The notes under the pieces were generated by a model, which ran no database searches, was not told the DNA's origin, and saw nothing but the letters and a program-made list of their open reading frames with translations. Below are positions 42,401-54,400 of a stretch of 64,000 nucleotides of DNA, one piece after another. The stretch comes from Callorhinchus milii (Eukaryota), in the NCBI RefSeq assembly GCF_018977255.1, contig NW_024704743.1:113958001-114022000 (forward strand). Direction: 5' to 3'. A program made the position numbers and the translations under genes. Position 1 is the stretch's first letter; every line of letters begins with the position of its first letter.

Positions 42401-45400
42401 CTGTTCCTGTTCTTCTCTTCCATTGATTGAGTGCAACAAGATTGTGATTATTTGTCACTAAACTTCACAGTATGTCCTATGAAGTGCTGTAGGACGTCCA
42501 ACCGACATGAAATGACATACCAAAACAGAAGCATTATTATTAAATGCTAAAACTTGTGCAAAAAGTATCTGAAAAATAGGCAGGGAGTAGAATTGTAGAT
42601 GATGTAAATCCTACAGCCAGGTTTCAGCACTCTTTAGAGTCAGTCGGTTGTAAGTTCAAGCATCACATCATGACTTTGAAATCAGATCCAGACTAACCTC
42701 TCGTCCAATTCTGTGCTGCATTGTCAGAGGTGGGATATTCAGATTCAAACATTAAACTGAAGTCCTGTGTGCTTGTTTAGATGGATATTAAAAATCCAAT
42801 AATCAAGAAGAGAAAGGAGTTTTTCCCCAATTCCTTAGCCAACAATCCCCAGATACAATTGGTAATTCACTTCATGGCTGTTTGTGGGAGATTGCTGTGC
42901 ATAAATTTGGCTGGCGTGTTTACCTACAAAACAGTTACTGCACTACGGTATATCCTGTAAACCAGCTTTAAAACTGATCAATTCATAAGACCATTATCTT
43001 TAATTAATTCACTGGAAGTGTGTAGTTGTTAGGTAATGATTGTGATCATTTACGTGTTTCTTTGATCGCAATGGAAGGAGGATTTCCCCAGTTTAGGGTA
43101 GACCGTAATAAATTAGTTTGTGACAAACATCGGAAAATTCCTCCAGTAATTTCCTTCCACCGTACTACAGCTAAAAAGGTGAGAAAAATGTACAAAGCTA
43201 GTTGTATTGACGCTTTACTGTCATAGTTTGGCCTTGACAGCAGTTACAATTTAAACATTAATTACAACGCATTATGACTTCCATTTTAATCAGCTTGTTG
43301 TTAGTTCTTGGTAGTTTGTGTTTAATTCATTTGGAAAGAAAGCATTGACGTAGTTGATAGCAAAAGTGATTCACTTCCTGAGGAAGGAAGTTAGGGGTTG
43401 TCCAAACTCCTCAGCACCTGTTACTAGTACATAAAGCAGCACTTCCTTTCAGCAAGTTTTTATAGTAATACAGCATACAGGAGCGATGGCTTGCAAGTTC
43501 ACAGATATTCATACTCAGCCTTACAGCATCTGAACTGTCGACTGCCAGAAGAAAATAATTGAGATTAATGTTTATTTAAGAAAAAGAAGCTTCACAGTTG
43601 CCTTCGCTGTGTTTGCAATATGGCATCAGTTATAAATAAATGGATGAAAAAGGAAGTTGTGGAAGAAGGATAACAGTTCTTAGTTTTTATATATGAATGA
43701 AAACAGTTTGAAAACGAGAAGAATGATTTCCAAGTGCTGCGCCTTCATTCAACATAAATTACTTCTTTCTAGGAATGATCAGTAATATGGGAAGTGGAAC
43801 CCCTCGATCCAGTATGGCTTCAGGAGAATGGGGTTCATCAAGCTCTGCTGTAAACACCACAGGTAACACCGTTTCTAACGCATTAAGTAGGTCAACCTTG
43901 CAAGGAGGAATCATGTGTAGTCCTACACCTGGTATGCCTATGAGACCGAACAGCCAACCTGGACAGAGGCCGATGCTTCAGTCACAAATGATGGGTAAGT
44001 TGCAACATTTTTATTTCTTGTGTATACTTCTGTAATTATTGCTTTTGTGACTAATGCCCTTTCACAGTTTATCCAGGGTATACTCTGCACATTATGGTGA
44101 TTATTTAAACTTTTAATGAATACTTTCTAAAAGAAATATGACTTTGTTTTGTACCAATTAGGACCATCGGATATTGAGATGGGTATGGGAGGTCCTCCGT
44201 ACAGTCAGCAGCAAGCTCCACCAAACCAAACAGCACCTTGGCCTGACAGTATAATGCCTATAGAACAGGGACCTTTTGTCAATCAAAACCGGTACGTTAC
44301 ACCGTTATAAGATATTATTTGTAAGATTTGTCTGAGTAAAGTGTGCATTGATTATATTAACCCTTACATTTTATATGGTGCCTTATCATTGAAAGTCTCA
44401 AAAGTGCTTCACCTGATTTCCTGTAAAGTACAGTGACTATATTTTGTAGGTGAATGTAGCAGCCTATTTGCACTCAGCAATATCCCATAAATAGCCATGA
44501 AATAATTGACCTATTTTGACTGGGGGATTATTGGCCAGGGCACCAGGAGAAACTCCCTTTTTGAGTAATCCATGGGATCTTTAACATCTACCTTAACAGG
44601 TAGATGAACCTCACTTTAACAATCTCATCTGAAGGATGTCACTTCTGACACTGCTGCACTCTCCCAACACTGAATCGATGTGTCAGCCAAGACTGTTCGC
44701 TCACTGTCTCGTGGACCACAACCTTCTGACTCCAAAGTGAGAGAGAGGGCTGCCAGCTGAATCAGCAGTCATTAGTATAAGCGCAAATATCAAGCATTTT
44801 GCCATCAAATCCCAAAGATGTGATATTATTGTACTCGTTCAGAATAGAATTTTTAAAATCTTGTATTGTAATATTTATAATCATCACTAATATTGTGGAA
44901 ATTTTATCAGTACTGTCAAATAACATTGCTCAGACTCCCCATTAAACTCTTATGTTATGTGGGACTATACATAATCTCATTTTGTTCCAGATGTCACCCA
45001 CCCAATCTGTGATATTGCTCCCCTGTAGATATTTGCCGAAGGTCTGCTCACCACCAGTCACCTCACTCTGTCGTGCCGCCAACAGTTTCTAAGAAAGGAA
45101 AACTGGAGGCGGGATGAGACAAAGCAATATTGTGTAAATTAACAGATGGTGTTTTAATTGCTGCACACAACTTCAGATATAGTTAATCTGTTTTAGAATT
45201 GTCTGAAGAATTTAAACTTTTTGCACAATATTTTTATTTCAAAACCTGTTCGAAAAGGTATCGTAGTATTCATAATTGAGCAATGGAGTGTTTTCTTCCT
45301 TGAACGTATTTTTAACACCATTATGCTTTAATTTTGTTTATAGGAGGCAATCGTACAGCAGTTCTCAGGATGAACTGCTTTGTTCATCTATTCCAATGGA

Positions 45401-48400
45401 AACTGCGAATGACGAAGGCACGCTTCTGGATCAGCTGCGCTCAGCACTGAAAAATATTGATGAACTTGGTCTAGAGGAAATTGATCGAGCCTTAGGAATC
45501 CCTGAACTGGTAAACCAGGTAAATATTCACATATGGCTGAAGATTCTGAGGCCAGGAAGATTGTTTCAGTTTTAAGAATAGTGGTACTATAAGGTAGGTA
45601 TAAAAAAATCCCATTAGAGAATGGCAATCCCCTATGATAGGATTTCAGACCTCCAATATGGAGCATGCTGTTGCATTTCTTGATCTGTACTTTACATCAG
45701 CAAACATTCTCTGTGTTTCATAAATATTGCCTGTTCCCTTCAGCATAGGATTCCATTTGTCAACCAACAGCCGTCACTTGGAATAAAACATTTTGAGTAG
45801 CATCAAATGAGTCATTTGATTTAGTGATTGCAGCTACAGTAAATTTCCTAATCTGAATTCCGTATTCTGTTCTGAGATTGGTAAATCCAATGTGATATGC
45901 ATTTTTTTAAAAGGTTATCAATGCTGTTTGGATTATGCCTACCTAGTGGTAGATAAAAAACTATAAAATTGATGGAGGGATAAACCTGAATTTTGATGGA
46001 ATATTGAGAAACACAGGTTGCTGCTCTCATCTTTTCCTTTCTATAATTTTTTTATATGCTGGAACTCAGTTCCATGTCCCATCCCCCCCCACCTCCACCA
46101 CAGTATCTTGAATCACTTTGCTAGTGCCTGACCCATGATTAGGAGAGTTCGCAACCTTTTTGATGGGACTTAAACAGCTCCTTGCCCAACATTCATGCTT
46201 TCATTGAGATAGCAATTAGAAGTGAGAATCATCTCTGAGTCTCTTCAAACTCAGGGAAGCGTGAGCGAGCTGGTGTGCCCAACCAATGGTCAGTTGATAT
46301 TTGCTAACTCTGGTATTGAACCCGAGTCTGTCTTGATCAGCATGGCTCAGTGGCGCAGCTCATGGTGCAATTTGCATATTTAATAATCATCCTTGCATTT
46401 TATACCTCGCGCCTTATTACGTCTTCGAGACGTCTCAAAGCGCTTAAAGGAATATACTGTAAGTGAATTGACTGTATTTTGTGGGTAAAACACGGCAGCC
46501 AATTGCACACAGCAGTGTCCACAAACAGTTGTGGACTGAGTGACCACATTTTTTATTTTTTTGAAGGATTATTACCCCCGAAAAAGCGATCTGCCAATGA
46601 CTAATTGGGTTCCTACTTACTTCTAGGTAAACAGAGGCGTGTGGAGTAAAGAAACTTGCCTGATGTTTCGCCCTGCCCGGGAATCGAATCCAGGTCCTCT
46701 CGCTTGCGAGGCGAGTGCTTTAACCACTAAGATACAGGACTCCACAAGATTCTAAAAGAAGTTAGAAGCAAAACAAACAAATCGTCTATTTTGGTTATTA
46801 ATTGTTGCATTAAATGGTCCATTTGACTTGCCAAGAATAATTAAAAGCTGGAAATGTGATTTAAAAACCTTTTTAAAGCTTTTGAAATTTATCAACCAGA
46901 TTTAGGCATTATGAATTGCTGCACGACTTGAACTTCAAATTATAAAATAACTTCAGGATTATTCAGGGTGTACATGTGCTGTAATGCCTTATATTCTCTC
47001 AGCTTGGGCCCAGCAATTTAGAGTGAAGCAATAAGATCTAATGGTTTAATAAGAATTCTATTATTTATACTAAAAAAGTGCCAATGGGCCCCATTGCCAG
47101 GATAAAACCTAATTGCACTGAATACAGATGAACCCTGTTATAATACTATGATAGAGCTTTGACTTACTTCGAGCATAGGTCTTCTTCGCTAACAAAATTT
47201 GGCACACCCGGCTGGCTTCCAGGACTGTTTAATTGGTCTCCCCCGTAGCAGACTTGCTGATGTCACCTCCTGTACGCTAAGTGTGAGAAGTACCACAAAT
47301 ACCACTTCCTCAAAGCTCGCTTCATGCAGAATGTTATGTTAACCCTGATGACCAGTTGGCCATTTGTTTATTGGCTGCTGAGAAATTGCACCCAGTCAAT
47401 AAAGTGCATTCCCTGTAATCTCTAAAAGAAGGTGAAAAAAGATTCAGAAAGTCTTTTAAATTATGATTAAAAGATGACTGCTGTGTAACAGAAATTAATC
47501 TCCTTAATCTGTATGCATAAACGTCTAATAAACACAAGCCGAGTTTAATGATCCCTTTATGAAAGAACTTGAAACGTGAAAAGGCAAAATAATGAATTCA
47601 ATGAACCATCTTTGGCTGCATGTTATAAATGTGAAATAGTGACTACAACAGACAGTATTGTTTGTGGTGCATTATTATTTATGCAATTGGAAAGCAATGT
47701 CATAACATTAATATAATTAATTCAGATGTGGCTATTGGGACAAGGATGTAATGATATTTGAATTGTAGATAGCTTGTAAACAAGTGGACAAAAACAAAGG
47801 AATAGATTTTGTGAGTTTGTCATTTTTTTATTGCTAGTTGGCAGCTTGTTAAATAGTGAAATGAAGAATCTGCCTTCGCAGTTAATAATGTTGTATATGC
47901 CAATCTACAAAGGATATCTGTTCAGTCTCAGAGATATAGAACTTATCACATATGATGGAATCTCAACATTTGAGTTGTTTTGACCTGCTTTCTCATCGGC
48001 AGCAGCAAAGAGCATTCTACAAAATAACTACAGTAAAAATTTAGTTACTTGTGTCAAATGTTTTACACATGTGGTACATCATATCCAGCTATCCGAACCT
48101 TTTTGTGTGGTTTAAAACAATTGTACTGTTTAAATTTTTTTTGAGAAATTTAATGGACTAGTTGTATGCTACAGCAACCATTGGTTTGGTGCACACACTA
48201 AATGCTGACCAAAGGTAATTTGAATTAACAAGCAGTTTGAGACCTCACGCACTACTTTGTTCACACATCAGTCGTTAAGTGGACCCATTCCAAAGGGAAC
48301 TTTGTAAACGTTGAACGAAGCTGCTTTACTGTGGAGTATTAGTGTAATTGCCGTGTGAAAAAATCAAAATCCACAGCATAGTTTTCGCCAGTTTTAATCC

Positions 48401-51400
48401 CAAATTAAGTTTTCCAGTTGAGTTGCTTCTTTCACATATAAAAGTATAGCTTTTATACTCGTTCATTTGCATTAACAAATTTGCCCAGTGCGGCAGATTT
48501 TGAATATATTTTTTATCTTTCCTTTGTTTACACAGAGCCAAAATGTGGATCACTCACAGGAATCATTCCCCAGCCAGCCCTCCACAATGATGGTAGATCA
48601 AAAGTCTCAAGCATACAGTCAGCCATACTCTCCTCAGACTACAGTTGTACAAGGGAATTACTCTACCATGCAGGAACCTAGCTTTCATCCAATGGCTAAT
48701 CAAATGGCACAGCGACTTGGATACCCAATGCTGCGTATGCAGCAAAGGCCTGGGTTAAGGCCTGGTATGGTACCCAACCAGCCCAATCAACTTCGGCTTC
48801 AACTTCAACAAAGGCTTCAAGGACAACAAATGGTAATTCTCACGTGATAGTTTCACATTTGCAATTCCTTTAAAATGGTGGTTGAGGTCGGGGAACACTT
48901 ATTATAGTGCTGTTCTGTAATGTAATAATATAATAATAATAAACCTCGCATTGGATATAGCGTCTTATAACGTCTTTGAGACGTCTCAGAGCACTTCACA
49001 GAATATACTGTAAAGTGAATTGACTGTATATTTTGTGGGCAAAACGCGGCAGCCAATTGCGCAGTGTTCCACAAACAGTCGTGGATTGAGTGACCAATTT
49101 ATTATTTTAAAAAAAAATGTAGTGTAAGAGAAATAAAAATTATTGATCTGTGTTACACAGAAGTGTAATGAACACTGGCATCCATATCTAATTAATGTAC
49201 TGAAGTACCACCTTGAGAACACAGATCAACAGTACCACGGTATCACATCTGTGCGAAACAGTATTTGAAAAGTGAAAGCCATTTAACTTCAGCAGGAAAA
49301 GCAGAGCAAAACTTTCAATAGGAAATATTTATTAAAAGTAGTTTCAAAATTCCCAATTTTAATAATTAAGGAAAGATTACTTATGTAATCTAGATATTTT
49401 TACTGCTGAGGAGAGTAACTATCAATAATAATAAAAAAAAAATCCTCGTATTTAATACAGCGTTATATCACTCATCAAAATGTCTCAAAGTGCTTCACAG
49501 GATATACTGTAAAGTGTAGTGACTGTGTATTGTAGATGAATGCAGTAGACAGTTTGCGCACTGCAGTGTCCCCCAAATGGCCATGAAATAAATGACCAAT
49601 TTTTAATCAGAGGATTGTTGGCCAGGACACTGGGAGAAACTCCATCCTCCCCACATTATTTCAAATAATGCCTTGGGATCTTTAATGTCCACCTGAACAG
49701 GCAGACAGACCCTAAGGTTAAAGTCATTCAAAGTATGGCAACAAGGTAGTGCTCCCCCACCCTAGACTTAGAGTTCAAAGGCCTCATGTGGGGGTATAAA
49801 TGAAGTAGATCAACATTTTCACCATTTATGGATTTGCATCGCATGATGCATTTCAGAATGGTTTTTAAAAAGGTGCCCATCATGTTAGAACTGGTGTCTC
49901 TTTTGGGGTATTTACACCAAGAATTATTTCAAGCACAGGAGAGTGTTTGGCAAATGTGTCTGCTGGAGCTAGCTCCTCCACAGCAACCCATTCCATCATG
50001 GCAGACATTTGATGTGAGAGCCTTTCACATTTGCAAAATAACGGATATTCTCTGCTATTCACCTTTATACTCTTGCTGAGTATAAAATCTGCTGTAATCC
50101 TTCATGCTTGTTATACATTCCATAATCTATTTATTTTTGCTAGAATCGACAGGCACTCATGAATCCACTCAACACCGTCTCCAACATGAATCTACCTCTA
50201 AGAGCTAGTGTGCCACCACAGATGAGTGGTCAGGTAGGCAAAATAAACTATTTGATGTAAGGTATTTTTCTCATTGTTGTGCTATAAATAAAATTATTTT
50301 CTATATGTAAATAGAAATGAGTAGAAATGCAAATCATGGCTGAATAGGTGAGTGTTACAGAACTGTAGCTTATGAACTTGGTTAAGATGGTAATGGAGGT
50401 ATTACAATAGCTCCAGCATTCTTTCTCAAGAAAATAGCAGGTTGAAAAATCTGTCTGGGTTCTTGCGTTAGACTGCTGTCTAGTGACCCTTGCTTGCAAG
50501 TGTTGCGTGAGGGGATGTTGAGTAAGAAAACCAATGAGTCTCTTCATTGATGCTCTCAAGGATCAGGATTTTGGTCATCCTGACAGGAGGAATGAGAAAG
50601 GTGTAGGTCAGTATTCCTGGCTTCCACATAGTTATTGAGCCTTGCAGTTGCCCTCGCTCACTCCCTTCTCCTCTCACAACAAACAGGCTGGCAGAAATGT
50701 TTCCTATCAGCTAAAAGTAATTGCATTGCTATGCCTCCTCCTCCAGAACAATAAGTGGTAATAAGTGGTAATTTTCGTCGTTCCCCCCAGCACTGACTGT
50801 TTCCTGGCTGAATTTCTCTCTTTGTATGCCCCCACATCTCTCTCACACACCTCTGTAGGGCTGTTGAGACCAATTGAATCATCTCAACTGCTGCTCCAGT
50901 TAAGATCAACAATTTCATGCCTGTGACAAACTAGTTAGTATGGACTAGGCCTTGATCCACAAGGCCATTGAGGGGCAAATTGGACCGTGCTGATCAGCAT
51001 TTATTAATCAGTAGACCATATGAAAATTATTTCAGCATATTTCAGATAATGGGTCAAATTTGTTTTACTATCTGCAGTAGAACCCAGTGTAATGTGTTGG
51101 TTCATAAATTCCAAACCAGCGCTATGATGGGTCACGATTTGTGGGTCAACACTTCCACATGCAGGCAGATAGCTTACTACTACCATGGGCGTCTCTGGCA
51201 CATGGAAGGCGCAGGCAGGAAACCATGTCTATGGCAACTAAAGGATCTGGAAGTCGACCATTTTGGCTTTTTGTACACATTAGCCGATGTTTTGAAGTGC
51301 CGTTGTTGCTAGCACATTGATTTTGGATTTTTTTGATAGGTAAATGTTGGGGTCCGCACCCCAATAAGTGAACCTGCATTAAAATGAGATTCTAGCATAC

Positions 51401-54400
51401 AGTACATTATATAGGGCAAAGTTGTACCAGATTCAGTAAGTGAGCTCTCATATACTGGTTCAAATAGCACGTAAGTATTGCCGTTGGGAAAAACAATAAG
51501 CATTGAGGTAACGCAAGAATGTTGAACATAATTTTTCCTCAGACTACTGCATGCTACAGCCAGCTGAAAAGATTGCAGTGGTAGAAGTTCTTGCAATTAC
51601 AATGTACAGAGATGGGTAGTTTCCCATAGTAATTAGATCTGATAGACAGACCAGAATCAAAGCAGCATTTTAATCAGAATAGTTAATTGCTTATTCATGA
51701 AAATTTTCACAATAACTCATGTAGTTTTGAAAAATTAAATGAACCGAAAGACGCTGTTGAATATTTGTGTTGTGAAAGAAATCTGCTAAACAAAATGCAG
51801 GACGTAATGTGGAGAAATATTACAAGAGCTATTCATTACTTTTAGTGATATGCTTAAATCTTCAGCGCATATAGATCCCCCTGACGTGAAGAGATTATTA
51901 AGGTGTGCTATTCTGTCTACTTAAATATTTCCAGTGAAACCTCCTAGTCCTTTTGAAACCATATAAAACCCATCAAATGTTCGCATGTAAATCATATCAT
52001 GTGCTATCATTATCATATTGCATGTATATAGTGAAACATTTCCATTTATTCTTCAGGGACCTATCAATGCACAGATGCTGGCCCAGAGACAGCGTGAACT
52101 TTTAAATCAGCATCTGCGCCAAAAACAGATGATACAGGTGCAGCAGAGAACGATGATGATGCGACAGCAGGGTCTGACTATCCCACAAAGTATGGCAGCA
52201 CCTGGCAACATGGCAGGTGCCATGAGCACTCCTCGGATTCCTCAGGCATCACCACAACAGTTCCCATACCCTCCGAACTATGGTACTGGGCTCACTTCCC
52301 CGCCACCCTCCACCAGTCCTTTCTCCCCAGTGTCCCCCAATCCTGGGTCACAGCTCCTCTCTCACAGCTCCTTGCATGGCTCCCAGATGAATCTGGCTAA
52401 CCAGGGAATGATGGGAAATGTGGGAGGACAGTTTGGGCCTTTAATGAGTCCCCAAATGCAGCACAATGCCTTCCAGTTTCCCAGCTCAGGTACTGCCTTT
52501 CCTCTGAGTGCTATTAACTATTAGAATGACTTTTTTGTAAAGACCGTCATTCTTGTCTTTGTGTGTTGGGGATTTTGGCTTTGCATTGGGTGTGGAGCTG
52601 TCGCTTGTAATGTGCCTCTTCCTTGTCTTATTTAACCTTACCTTGTCTTCCACTTTTCTGTGAATGTGCGTTTATAACTAATAATAAGCATGCTCCGGTT
52701 TCCAAACATACTTTTGGCTAATGGTAATCGAATACAGTGTTTGGTGGTTGTTTTAGATGAGGTATAAAGAGAGCACAAGTCCTGAACATTTCAAAAGCTG
52801 ACGAGAATATTGCTTTTCTTTTATATTTTCCAACTGGATTGGTTAGCTTTAGTACGATTTTACATGTAGGCAGCTCATTAAAAACACAATAGGTTATTAT
52901 GATTTTAGTCAGGGAAGAAATTATTTTTTATGGATTATAATAATAATAATAATAATCTTTGTATTTGATATAGCGCTTTGCACGTCTTCTCGACGTCTCA
53001 AAGCGCTTCACAGAATGCACTGTAAAATGAATTATTCACCTAGGAACATTTTGTTGGCATTTATTTCAGTCATTTGTCCAGATAATTACAAGAAAAGGTT
53101 TTTATTGTGATTATCTAAATTACGTTTTTGTTTTTATAATAAAAATTGTCTCATTTTCCTTTCCTCCATTTCCTTTCATTTCCACCAGCCCAACATCTTA
53201 CTTTGAATTTGATTTCCTTCACGAAGCAAAGCTTAACTATCTCTTTACCTTGAAATAAGTGATGTTGTACTCGATTCTGGCCACCTGTTGGAATTCTTAA
53301 GAAATCTAGAACTTTGTGTTCCACACAGTGCAAGTTAATGAGCAATTTCAGGGTCAATAATTGGTATTTTTTTTAAAAGATGGGAGTTAGAGAAATCGAA
53401 GAATGTGAGAACTGTCTGAAGGTAAAATGTTAAACCGTAGGTGTTAATTAGAAAGGAAATTACAGTGCTGGAAATGCAGTCAGCGAACGACAGAGGTTAA
53501 ATGTTGGAGTGTAAACCTTCATAAAGAATTTGAGAACAATTCCATGGAATTAAATTTTTAAATTAAAAGGGTAACTTAGCAAGTATCCATGTTACTCTAT
53601 TGGATTTGAAATCTCCAACGCCACCTATGTAGAACTTTGATAATGTTTCACACCATCACTTGTTAAAAAGATCTATCCATACAATATGTGAGAATGTAAC
53701 AGTGGAATGGTTTCAACTATTTGGACTACAGAACATTTAAAAACATCTTTTATTAAAATTGTTCCAAAACTAAGTATTTTTTAAAATGTATTTGGTTATT
53801 AGATTCCTGTAAGGTTGTTTTCTCTATAGCGTAACCACAACCTTGGTTTCCATTTGGGAATTGTTCACTCTTTCATTCTTTTTGGGCAGTGTAAATTATC
53901 CAGTTGGAATCATTATTCAAATATCTAACTTCTTTTAAATGTCACTGGCTGGTGAACCTTCTGTTTAAACCACTGCAGTTATTTGCAGTGTGAAAGGGTC
54001 ATACCAGAAACCTTAATCTATTTCCTGCTATGACTTTTTCATTGTTTTGTCTGCGTTTTCAGTTTCTATAATAATAACAATAATAATCCTTGCATTTGAT
54101 ATAGCGCTTTTCACGTCGGGAGGACGACCCAAAACGCTTCACAGAACACACTGTAAAGTGAATTGACTGTACATCTGTGGGCGAACGCGGCAGCCAATTG
54201 CGCACAGCAATGTCCCACAAGCAGTCGTAGATTGAAAATGACCAATTTATTATTGTTTTGGTTTTGGAGGGATTATTATTAGGTGTGTGGAGTAAGGAAA
54301 CTTGCCCAAGGTTTCGCCCTGTGCCTGGAATTGAACTCAGGTCTCTCACTTGCAAAGCGAGTGCTCTAACCACTGAGCTACAGGACACCATCTACTTAGT

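Noticed and set aside
50561..50606. 46-nt cryptic poison exon (ctcaag|...tag|gtcagt)
   Set aside because: The AAG acceptor is weak and there is no independent support; such sites arise by chance.
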